From positions 1 to 53,048 of the IMG/VR virus record IMGVR_UViG_3300042525_000250: a stretch of 53,048 bases of DNA. One strand, written 5' to 3'. The DNA is from a virus (Duplodnaviria > Caudoviricetes). The notes below the pieces were generated by a model. The model worked only from the letters and a program-made list of their open reading frames with translations. It searched no databases and had not been told where the DNA came from. Below, in pieces: positions 8,990-17,098 of the stretch (positions within the stretch are counted from its first letter, which is position 1; the number at the start of each line of letters is the position of its first letter). A program made the translations under genes and the position numbers.

Positions 8990-9007
8990 GATATACGGTA
9001 TATCCTA
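8987..9007. promoter_or_regulatory. Palindrome copy 7 (its first TAG is the upstream stop codon)
   Basis: TAGGATATAC-G-GTATATCCTA. Confidence 0.85.
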
Positions 9008-9025
9008 ATCAACTGGAGAACTATC

Positions 9026-9877
9026 ATGACATTATCAACATCAGCAATGCTTTGCACCTTAAACATCTCAATCTGGACAGCACGCAAGCTCGACAAGAAA
9101 GTATCACAGGATGTGGACACAGCTAACTCAACTCGCACCAAAGCAGGTAACTATCACAAGAACCTGCTGGCAGGTGACGACTCACTTGCCAAGATACAAA
9201 AGATTGCGAGCGAGGCTCGCACCTACCACTCACGGTACACATCGCCTTGGAATGACAACGGTCAGCGTCTACTGACCACCGCTTACTTCCTTGAGTACAA
9301 GCGTACGATGGGTGACTACGAGCGCAAGTTCTGGGATGAGGTCGATGCGTTCCTACCTCAGTACGGTCTTAAGATATCAGCGGCGGCGTTTCAATTAGGT
9401 AAGCTGTTTGACCGTGACGAGTACCCCGAAGAAGATAAAGTCCGCAGTAAGTTTAGCTTTGGGATTAACTTCACCCCAGTACCAGAGTCAGGTGACTTCC
9501 GTGTAGACATTCAATCAGAGGAGGTAGCTGAGTTACGTCGTCAGTACGATGAGATGTATGAGTACAACATCGCTAAGGTTAATCGTGATGCGTGGGATAG
9601 GCTGTATGACACGCTTACCCAACTGAGCTTTGGCTTGCGCACTAACGATGATGGTACAAAGGGTAAGATATACGACAGCGTGTATTCATCAGCGTCCGAG
9701 CTGTGCGAGTTACTGCGTCACCTCAATATAAACAATGACACGCAACTGGAGGATATGCGCCAGCGTCTCGAAGATACCATCATGGGTATTGATACGAAGG
9801 ACATAAAACAGAGCGACTTCATGCGCTCACAAATCAAAAAAGATGTCGATGCTATGCTCGACAAGTGGAACGACTAG
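9026..9877 (+). CDS. DUF3150-like protein
   Basis: LNISIWTARKLDK, TSPWNDNGQRLL, LGKLFDRDEYP and PVPESGDFRVD motifs; this family is usually found beside AAA/VWA genes. Confidence 0.7.
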   Translation: MTLSTSAMLCTLNISIWTARKLDKKVSQDVDTANSTRTKAGNYHKNLLAGDDSLAKIQKIASEARTYHSRYTSPWNDNGQRLLTTAYFLEYKRTMGDYERKFWDEVDAFLPQYGLKISAAAFQLGKLFDRDEYPEEDKVRSKFSFGINFTPVPESGDFRVDIQSEEVAELRRQYDEMYEYNIAKVNRDAWDRLYDTLTQLSFGLRTNDDGTKGKIYDSVYSSASELCELLRHLNINNDTQLEDMRQRLEDTIMGIDTKDIKQSDFMRSQIKKDVDAMLDKWND

Positions 9878-9886
9878 GAGAACATC

Positions 9887-10282
9887 ATGGGATACCGTAG
9901 CACAGTAGCATTTGTGATTAGTTTTGAAACAAGAGAACAACTAGACAACTATCTAGCACCACGTCTGCTAGATGAGAACCTTAAGAACGATAGAGAAAAC
10001 TTCTCGCGTATCGCTTGGGATGATGCGTCTGTTATGTATTACTCGGAAGAAATAAAGTGGTATGACGAGTACGAAGATGTCAGAGCTCTAACTAAGTTAT
10101 ACAAGGGTGTTATCGAGGCGGGAGGTGCATACCGTTTCATCCGTGTGGGTGAGGACGATAGAGATATAGACGATGAGTCGGGCGACTCAGATAATGTAGA
10201 GTCTTTCTATGATGACTTCTACCCAGTAACAACAATACAAACCCCAACCACTATCAAATTAACATTCGGAGAAGAACAATGA
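9887..10282 (+). CDS. Conserved phage hypothetical protein
   Basis: MGYRSxV, IKWYDEY and FIRVGED motifs; good RBS. Confidence 0.75.
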   Translation: MGYRSTVAFVISFETREQLDNYLAPRLLDENLKNDRENFSRIAWDDASVMYYSEEIKWYDEYEDVRALTKLYKGVIEAGGAYRFIRVGEDDRDIDDESGDSDNVESFYDDFYPVTTIQTPTTIKLTFGEEQ

Positions 10283-11349
10283 AACCATACAGCTCAATTA
10301 CTATGCAAAACGCAATCGACCTTATCAACGCAATCGGCGACACGACCACAGTCTTGGTACAGGGCGAGATGGGGATAGGCAAGTCATCTATTCTTAAATC
10401 CCTACAGCAACAGCACCCCGACCATGTGGTGTGCTATGTAGACATCACGACTAAGGATGTTGGTGACTTCCTTGTACCACAGGTGCGCCAGCTAGACGGT
10501 ACGTCTGTCTGCTCATTCATACCCAACGAGGAGTTTGGCTTTCACCTCAACAAGCCTGTGATTATTATGCTTGATGAGATAGGCAAGGCTAGTAAGTCTG
10601 TGATGAATGCGTGTCTTAGACTCATGCTCGAGCGTAAGCTCGGCACACATAGTTTGCCCGAAGGCTCTATAGTATTTGCTACTACTAACCTATCAGCAGA
10701 GGGTATCGGTGATAATCTGCCACCTCATGCAAGAAACCGTGTGGACGTGGTTAAGGTACGCAAACCAACCTCAGAAGAGTGGCGTCTTGGCTTTGCTATG
10801 GGTGCAGGTGTTGACCCAGTGGTTATTGCGACAGCTAACGAGTACCCTGCTATGTTCGCATCGTTCGAAGACTACGAGAAACCAACTCAGAACGAGTACA
10901 TCTACGACCCACGAGTACCACGAGCGGCGTTCGTTACACCACGCAGTATGGAAGCGGCAAGTAATATCCTCAAGCGTTGCCGTCACCTACCAGAAGACGT
11001 GCTATACCATGCGCTTATTGGTGTGATTGGTGAGCGTGCGACTATGGATATGATGAACATCCTCAAGTTAGATAACACCATGCCCGCATGGCGTGAGATT
11101 GTATCTGAGCCAACTACTACACAAGTACCAAGTAACGGCGCATCAGTCTGTCTTATAGTCTCTAAGGCTTTGCATAACGTAGAGAAAGATACGTTCGATG
11201 CGTGGATGACGTACTTAAACCGTATGACCCGTGAGGCGCAAGCTATGTTCGCTATGTCAGTGATGAGCGGTAAATCCCCCAAGCGTGACATCGCAGTACG
11301 CAACAAATCATTCACCTCATGGTGTGTAACTAACGGCTACTTATTCTAG
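10279..11349 (+). CDS. MoxR-like AAA+ ATPase
   Basis: GEMGIGKS Walker A, IMLDE Walker B, ATTN sensor I, RNR arginine finger, TPRS sensor II. Confidence 0.92.
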   Translation: MKPYSSITMQNAIDLINAIGDTTTVLVQGEMGIGKSSILKSLQQQHPDHVVCYVDITTKDVGDFLVPQVRQLDGTSVCSFIPNEEFGFHLNKPVIIMLDEIGKASKSVMNACLRLMLERKLGTHSLPEGSIVFATTNLSAEGIGDNLPPHARNRVDVVKVRKPTSEEWRLGFAMGAGVDPVVIATANEYPAMFASFEDYEKPTQNEYIYDPRVPRAAFVTPRSMEAASNILKRCRHLPEDVLYHALIGVIGERATMDMMNILKLDNTMPAWREIVSEPTTTQVPSNGASVCLIVSKALHNVEKDTFDAWMTYLNRMTREAQAMFAMSVMSGKSPKRDIAVRNKSFTSWCVTNGYLF

Positions 11350-11358
11350 GAGATAATC

Positions 11359-12528
11359 ATGAAAGCAGAAGACCGCATACTCAAGGCGCACATTGCGCTG
11401 ATGCAAGACACCCGCACCTTAGCCTACTCTGGCATTATCATGGTGGGCAAAGCAGTCATTACCGATGACATAGACACAGCCGCTACCAATGGACGTGATG
11501 TGTTTTATGGTCGTGCGTTTATTGACAGCTTAACTGACCAAGAGATACGCGGTCTTGTACTGCATGAAGCCAAGCACAAACTCTACCAGCACTTCTTTAT
11601 CTGGCAGAAACTATTCGAGGAAGACCACGAGCTTACGAATGCCGCGTGTGACTTTGTGATTAACCTCGAGATACTAGACATTGATAGGGGCGGTAGCTTT
11701 ATTAAGTTGCCCGAGTGTGGGTGTATCGATGAGCAGTATCGTGGTATGAATACCGCAGAGGTATACGCTAAACTCAAGGAGCAGTATGGTGATAAGCAAA
11801 GCCGTGCGAGTAAGGGTGGTAAAGGATTACCCGAAGGGTTAGATGAACATCAGTGGCAAGATGCCGTGTCGCTGTCGCCCGAAGAGAGGGAACAGTTATC
11901 TCGTGAAATCGATAGCGCAGTCCGCACTGGCGCACTGCTGGCAGGTAAACAAGGCGGTGATATTGACCGCAACTTCGAAGCTCTTATGGAATCGAAAGTA
12001 GACTGGCGTGAGCAACTGCGTGAGTTCGTATCATCAACGTGCGCTGGCAAAGGTGACAGCACATGGGCAAAACCAAGTAGACGCTGGCTTTCTCAAGATA
12101 TCTATATGCCCAGTCAGATTAGCGAAACAATAGGCTCTATATGTGTTGCGATTGATACATCGGGTTCTATTGATGACGAGGCGATTACCAAAGCCTTGAG
12201 TGAGGTGGTAGCTATATGCGACAATACAACTCCAGAGAAGGTTGACCTTCTCTACTGGGATACAGATGTTGCATCTCATGAGCAGTACCGCGAGGATAAC
12301 TACGCGGGTCTAGTTAACTCTACTAAACCTGCTGGCGGTGGTGGTACAGACGTAGGCTGTGTGATGCAGTATATAGATGACAACAAGCTCAAGCCAGAGT
12401 GTACGATTATTATCACTGACGGTTACACGGACTTTCCTAGAGAGCACCCTACGTACCCTGTGATATGGGTTATTGTTGGCGGTAGTAATGTCGTGCCACC
12501 GTTCGGTAGTGTGATTAGGTTAGATTAG
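11359..12528 (+). CDS. Metallopeptidase + VWA domain protein (DUF2201-like)
   Basis: TAATNG, HEAKH zincin motif, DTSGS MIDAS, GGGT and IITDG. Confidence 0.92.
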   Translation: MKAEDRILKAHIALMQDTRTLAYSGIIMVGKAVITDDIDTAATNGRDVFYGRAFIDSLTDQEIRGLVLHEAKHKLYQHFFIWQKLFEEDHELTNAACDFVINLEILDIDRGGSFIKLPECGCIDEQYRGMNTAEVYAKLKEQYGDKQSRASKGGKGLPEGLDEHQWQDAVSLSPEEREQLSREIDSAVRTGALLAGKQGGDIDRNFEALMESKVDWREQLREFVSSTCAGKGDSTWAKPSRRWLSQDIYMPSQISETIGSICVAIDTSGSIDDEAITKALSEVVAICDNTTPEKVDLLYWDTDVASHEQYREDNYAGLVNSTKPAGGGGTDVGCVMQYIDDNKLKPECTIIITDGYTDFPREHPTYPVIWVIVGGSNVVPPFGSVIRLD

Positions 12529-12530
12529 TC

Positions 12531-12791
12531 ATGATTGAAGTATCTCGTACTTTAACTGAAGGAGAATGGTGGGTATCACCAATAGGTCGTAATACATTTG
12601 GTGAGCCTCACTCTACCTACCCACTTAATCGGAGCGTACTCGACTTAGAAAAAGAATTACCTCCCTTGTTATATGGTAGATACTGTATGTTGCGTATAGC
12701 AAAACATGGGGAACAGCATGAGGGACTCGGAGTTGTTTATAAGTACGTGGATGGTGAGCCCTATAAGTTCTATATATGTGAGGAGGAGTGA
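12531..12791 (+). CDS. Paralogue array member 1
   Basis: Ends ELPPLLYGRYCMLRIA...EGLG...FYICEEE. Confidence 0.85.
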   Translation: MIEVSRTLTEGEWWVSPIGRNTFGEPHSTYPLNRSVLDLEKELPPLLYGRYCMLRIAKHGEQHEGLGVVYKYVDGEPYKFYICEEE

Positions 12792-13066
12792 TGATTAGGT
12801 TACAGCAAAGGATATCTGAGGATGGGTGGATGATAACTCCCTATAATCCAGAACCCCATAACCCAACAGTTCACGATGAGCCAATGTCTAAACAAAAATA
12901 CATATGTACACTAGACAACAACCTACAAGATGACCTGCTTCCATTAGTATACAAAAGATACTGCCTGTTGAAGTTAGCCCCATCAGATGAATGGGTGAGT
13001 GGGGTAGGTAAAGTAATTAGATACAACAACGGTACTTGCCAGTTCTTTATATATGAGGAGGAGTAG
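12791..13066 (+). CDS. Paralogue array member 2
   Basis: Ends DLLPLVYKRYCLLKLA...SGVG...FFIYEEE; TGATG coupling. Confidence 0.85.
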   Translation: MIRLQQRISEDGWMITPYNPEPHNPTVHDEPMSKQKYICTLDNNLQDDLLPLVYKRYCLLKLAPSDEWVSGVGKVIRYNNGTCQFFIYEEE

Positions 13067-13410
13067 TGATTAGAATTAGATTCTTTGACGGTAAAAATAT
13101 TGTGCAGGTAGTAAAAGAAATATTTCCTACTGAGCATTATGGAATACCAGAGCAGATGATAGCTCATAAAGTAGCCCAAGCATCAAACGGGTATATTTCT
13201 TTTGCATCAAATCCATTTAGCCAAGAGTTTACAACGGGCGTAATGCAAGCAAATAAAGCACCCTCAGAAATCATACGCTTTAAGTCCCTGTCTATGCATA
13301 TACAGGAGAAGGTGAGCTTGCTTAAAGTAGGTGAGGTAGGTGAGTGGCTTGAAGGTATAGGAGGTAAAAGTATTAATGGTGCGTACTATATATGTGAGGA
13401 GGAGGAGTAG
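13066..13410 (+). CDS. Paralogue array member 3
   Basis: Ends IQEKVSLLKVG...EGIG...YYICEEEE; TAGTG coupling. Confidence 0.85.
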   Translation: MIRIRFFDGKNIVQVVKEIFPTEHYGIPEQMIAHKVAQASNGYISFASNPFSQEFTTGVMQANKAPSEIIRFKSLSMHIQEKVSLLKVGEVGEWLEGIGGKSINGAYYICEEEE

Positions 13411-13703
13411 TGATAGCCTTTAAATGGGATGACAAAGTAAAGCGTACTTGTAGAGTGAGAGGTGTTGATGTAGGGGTAGGGATAGAACTTTTTCAAACGG
13501 GTATTTTTAATACTGAGGGCTATTCTAAGTACCCTACTGATTGTGTTACAGAACTTTATTTCGATGACCTGCCAGATATTATCCAAGCTCGTGTAACTAT
13601 GTTTATGTTAGTAAAACCTTTGCAGCAACATATAGAAGGTGTAGGGGTTTATGCGACTGACGGGAATGTACATTCCTTTATGTATATCTACGAGGAGGAG
13701 TAG
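13410..13703 (+). CDS. Paralogue array member 4
   Basis: Ends DLPDIIQARVTMFML...EGVG...MYIYEEE. Confidence 0.85.
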   Translation: MIAFKWDDKVKRTCRVRGVDVGVGIELFQTGIFNTEGYSKYPTDCVTELYFDDLPDIIQARVTMFMLVKPLQQHIEGVGVYATDGNVHSFMYIYEEE

Positions 13704-13990
13704 TGATAGCATTTTACTGGTTAGATAAAGAAACGGGGGAGTGTACAGTTAAGGGGGTGCGTAATGGATATCCTGTAGCATTAGTGCATAGCACTATAAA
13801 AAACCCAGAACCCGATTCAAGATACATTACGTATTTTGGGGAGAGGGGTGAGCGTACTCATATACTGCTACTACCTAAATACATTCAAGAAAGAGTATCA
13901 GTATTACGAGTTGCTTCTTTTAACGAGTACATAGAAGGCATAGGCATTAAACTGGGGGCTGAGGTATGCTACATTTGTGAGGAGGAATAA
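13703..13990 (+). CDS. Paralogue array member 5
   Basis: Ends LPKYIQERVSVLRVA...EGIG...CYICEEE. Confidence 0.85.
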   Translation: MIAFYWLDKETGECTVKGVRNGYPVALVHSTIKNPEPDSRYITYFGERGERTHILLLPKYIQERVSVLRVASFNEYIEGIGIKLGAEVCYICEEE

Positions 13991-14209
13991 TTGACGTTAT
14001 TAGTAGACTTAGGTAAGAAAACTGCTGTACCATTAGATGACGCTCTCCCTACTAGGGAGATGAAAGAAATACAATTTGAGGAGGTTAGCGAATTAACCCC
14101 GCCTGTACCCGATAACATAGCTTTACTGCAAGTTGCGCCTGTTGGTGAGATTGTAGGTGGTGTCGGTGTGAATAGGGGTGACGGTATATTTTTAGTGTGT
14201 GAGACGTAA
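13991..14209 (+). CDS. Paralogue array member 6 (minimal form)
   Basis: Ends NIALLQVAPVGEIVGGVG...FLVCET; TTG start right after the previous stop. Confidence 0.75.
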   Translation: MTLLVDLGKKTAVPLDDALPTREMKEIQFEEVSELTPPVPDNIALLQVAPVGEIVGGVGVNRGDGIFLVCET

Positions 14210-14215
14210 AAAGAA

Positions 14216-14239
14216 GATTCCGTACGCAAGTACGGAATC
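14216..14239. terminator. 10-bp hairpin closing the array
   Basis: GATTCCGTAC-GCAA-GTACGGAATC; A-rich run on the left, so the U-tail would be on the minus strand. Confidence 0.55.
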
Positions 14240-14337
14240 CCTAAGAGAGGAGTAACACATGAAGCACAAGACTCTAGGATAGGTAGAGATATGTGTGAAT
14301 ACTCTAGCATAAATAATTTAAGTAGCAAGAGGTCGAT

Positions 14338-14574
14338 ATGATTAAGGTTGTAGAAATTCGTAGTGATGCGTCTAATGTTGTGGAGGATGCTGTAAATAGG
14401 CTTAGTAGTGCAGGGCTTACTATGCAGTTCATAGATAGACTAACACTTAAGGTATGGAACGGTGACCCCAACTGCCCAGTGCATATGATATGGTTTGGCT
14501 CACTCAATGGGCAGACTAAAACGGTAGTAGTGAACAGAATAATTAAGGAGCTGTGTGATGGCAAAGACGCCTGA
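14338..14574 (+). CDS. Hypothetical protein
   Basis: ORF with GAGG RBS. Confidence 0.6.
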   Translation: MIKVVEIRSDASNVVEDAVNRLSSAGLTMQFIDRLTLKVWNGDPNCPVHMIWFGSLNGQTKTVVVNRIIKELCDGKDA

Positions 14575-14887
14575 AGGTGAGATTAAAGACCAAGTACGCA
14601 AAGTGCTTGATGAGATGGGTGCGTATTACTTCTTCCCTGCGGCTAATGGGTATGGTCGCACTGGTATACCAGATGTGATTGCGTGTATCGGTGGGCATTT
14701 CATTGGTATAGAGTGTAAGGCAGGAAGTAAACAACCTACAGCTTTGCAACAACGCGAGCTTGATAACATCGAGAAGGCAGGAGGAACAGGTCTCCTCGTT
14801 AACGCCGACAACATCGACAATTTAGAAAACTATTTGAGAGAGTATTATGAGAGATATAGACTCAGCAAGCTGGGATGCAGACTATGA
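14558..14887 (+). CDS. VRR-NUC / PD-(D/E)xK nuclease (possible resolvase)
   Basis: TPEGEIK, GIPDVIAC, IECKAG and PTALQ motifs. Confidence 0.88.
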   Translation: MAKTPEGEIKDQVRKVLDEMGAYYFFPAANGYGRTGIPDVIACIGGHFIGIECKAGSKQPTALQQRELDNIEKAGGTGLLVNADNIDNLENYLREYYERYRLSKLGCRL

Positions 14888-15158
14888 CCCAGAAGATTAC
14901 CCAACAGCACGCAGACCGTATCACTGGTTAACACCAGAGCAAGTGCAATCACTAGTAGAAGAATCACAACTAAGAACCTATTTGGAGAAACAAAATGGAA
15001 AAGCTAATTGAATATTTAACATGGCTCGATGAGTCAAACGTAGCGTACCTACTGATGCTATTTTTATTCTTAGTATTAGCGGCTATGCAGAGTGCAACGC
15101 AGACTGAGAACACAAGACTACGTAAGATGCTACGTAAAGCTGTATTGGAGTCAAAACG

Positions 15159-15401
15159 ATGAGCAAAGAAAACGAGTACATCAAAACCATAAACAAACTT
15201 ATTAGGGGTGCGGCAGGGTCACCTATGGATATGGCAGACCTAGCATTTACATTGCACAAAGGGATTGCTGTATTGATTCTAATGATTGAGGATGACCATC
15301 AAGAAAAACTATTGTCTGAAGTCGTCCCTCTGATTAGAGAGTACATGGAAGAGATGAAGAACAAACACCCCGAACTAAAACAAGCTGTCTTTAAAGCATA
15401 G
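15159..15401 (+). CDS. Hypothetical protein
   Basis: ORF with GGAG RBS. Confidence 0.65.
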   Translation: MSKENEYIKTINKLIRGAAGSPMDMADLAFTLHKGIAVLILMIEDDHQEKLLSEVVPLIREYMEEMKNKHPELKQAVFKA

Positions 15402-15412
15402 GAGGAGGAGCT

Positions 15413-15904
15413 ATGGCATACAAAGACCCAGAGAAATATAAAGCATGGCGTGAAGCCAACCGTGAAAAATTAAGAGCACATAGTAAAAAATACCGTGAGG
15501 CTAATCCTGAGAAATTAAAAGCCTACCGTGAAGCTAATTGTGAGAGAGGAAAAGTATACAACAAAGCATACCGTGAGGCTAATCGTGAGAAAGTAAAAGA
15601 GAATCGTAAAACATACTATGTAGCCAACCGTGAGGAAGTAAGAGCAAAGCATAAAGTATATTGTGAAACTAATCGTGAGAAATTAAAAGCGTGTAACAAA
15701 GCATACCGTGAGGTTAGTCGTGAGAAAATAAAAACATACCGTGAAGCATACATTAAGAATCCTATGAATGCTGCACAAATTAGTATATACAAATTAACAG
15801 GCTTGAAGAAAGCTGAAATCCCAACCGAGTTGCTTGAAACACAAGCACTTATTATTAGTATCAACAGAGAGATTAGAAACCATGAAAAATTGCACAGAGC
15901 TTAG
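15413..15904 (+). CDS. Basic helical repeat protein (YREANREK repeats)
   Basis: About eight imperfect Y/W-REAN-REK units; strong GGAGGAGG RBS. Confidence 0.75.
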   Translation: MAYKDPEKYKAWREANREKLRAHSKKYREANPEKLKAYREANCERGKVYNKAYREANREKVKENRKTYYVANREEVRAKHKVYCETNREKLKACNKAYREVSREKIKTYREAYIKNPMNAAQISIYKLTGLKKAEIPTELLETQALIISINREIRNHEKLHRA

Positions 15905-16073
15905 ACATAACCTATCAGAAGTATATGAAGGTATTAAAAACAAAACCATTGCAGTACAGGATGCCCAGCAACTTATTGCCGCCGCCCGTGTGATGGTGTA
16001 CTCAGCAGGTAAAGAAGTCGAGTATGCGAAAGCAAGACGTGAAGTACCCGAAATCGAATTCCTATCTAAATAA
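15882..16073 (+). CDS. Conserved small phage protein
   Basis: MKNCTELRHNLSEVY...PEIEFL; overlaps the upstream gene. Confidence 0.65.
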   Translation: MKNCTELRHNLSEVYEGIKNKTIAVQDAQQLIAAARVMVYSAGKEVEYAKARREVPEIEFLSK

Positions 16074-16117
16074 CTATAACCCGCACGGTGTCACAGCCGT
16101 GCAATCTGGAGAACATC

Positions 16118-16420
16118 ATGAGTAGTGAATATACAGAAGAAAATGGGTGGGAGTTCTTTGAATATACTATGCATATAGGAGATGAAAGACTTGAGTATTG
16201 GGCTACGATAAAACTAGTAGACGATGAAGAAGGCGATAACTATTACTGCGAAGAAGAAGAACTTACTCTGTATGTAAAAAGTAAAGCGCTTGGGTACGAA
16301 ATTGAATCCAACGTGGGTTGTGAAGCGCCACAATTTGAGGTAGAAGAGATATTTGATAGATACATATCCAACAACCCTGAGATAGACAAAGCAATATTAA
16401 ACCAGCTATTAAAGAAATAA
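16118..16420 (+). CDS. Acidic hypothetical protein
   Basis: GGAG RBS before ATG 16118. Confidence 0.65.
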   Translation: MSSEYTEENGWEFFEYTMHIGDERLEYWATIKLVDDEEGDNYYCEEEELTLYVKSKALGYEIESNVGCEAPQFEVEEIFDRYISNNPEIDKAILNQLLKK

Positions 16421-16431
16421 GGAGAGAACAC

Positions 16432-16680
16432 ATGAGCGCAACACTTGTACTTACATTATCTTTTTTAACTGTCGATACCAACATCGACAAGAAAGGTCAC
16501 ACAACGAGCCATGAAACCATAGCCTACACTACGAGTGTAATCCCCTATGACAGCATGACGGCTTGCACCAATGGACGTGAAGAATGGAATCTTGCAATAG
16601 GGGCTTATCAGATGAGCAAAAGACCGACTCGTATTATCACAGCAGTATGTAACGACTCAGCTACGGGGGTGGTGCAATGA
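16432..16680 (+). CDS. Hypothetical protein with hydrophobic N-terminus
   Basis: AAGGAG RBS. Confidence 0.65.
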   Translation: MSATLVLTLSFLTVDTNIDKKGHTTSHETIAYTTSVIPYDSMTACTNGREEWNLAIGAYQMSKRPTRIITAVCNDSATGVVQ

Positions 16681-16889
16681 AAACCATGACGATTAAACAG
16701 TTTACGAAGAAGACAGGGATGTCACAAGCTACGCTTAGAAGGAAGTTAATCGCTCTCAATGTTTCTCCTGTTGGAGTAGATACCTATGGGAAGATGTCAT
16801 GGCTATGGGCGGTAGAGGATTTAGAAAAAGCGTTCTCATTAGTAAATACTTATTTGTCCCCTCGTGGACGTCCTAAAAAATTGTGGTGA
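16677..16889 (+). CDS. HTH DNA-binding protein with AT-hook-like tail
   Basis: TIKQFTKKTGMSQATLRRKL helix-turn-helix; PRGRPKK. Confidence 0.65.
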   Translation: MKTMTIKQFTKKTGMSQATLRRKLIALNVSPVGVDTYGKMSWLWAVEDLEKAFSLVNTYLSPRGRPKKLW

Positions 16890-17098
16890 TTGATATGAAA
16901 GATGAAAACTTTATTTGGGTTGCAGTGGCAATCTTTTTAGCAGGTACACTAGCAGGTACACTCACAGTCTGCGCATTGCACAGACACTACCATGAAATCA
17001 TCAAAACAAATATTGGAGAGTTCATGCTACGAGACGGTAAGATGTATGGGGTATATGAGTTAACCCGCGATGTGCAAGGTAACATGGTGACGAGATGA
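16883..17098 (+). CDS. Small membrane protein
   Basis: One hydrophobic segment FIWVAVAIFLAGTLAGTLTVCAL. Confidence 0.6.
   Translation: MVIDMKDENFIWVAVAIFLAGTLAGTLTVCALHRHYHEIIKTNIGEFMLRDGKMYGVYELTRDVQGNMVTR

Noticed and set aside
16239-16262. YYCEEEE inside the 16118-16420 protein as a seventh array member
   Set aside because: Internal rather than terminal, uses GAA codons, and lacks the upstream LP/EGxG module.
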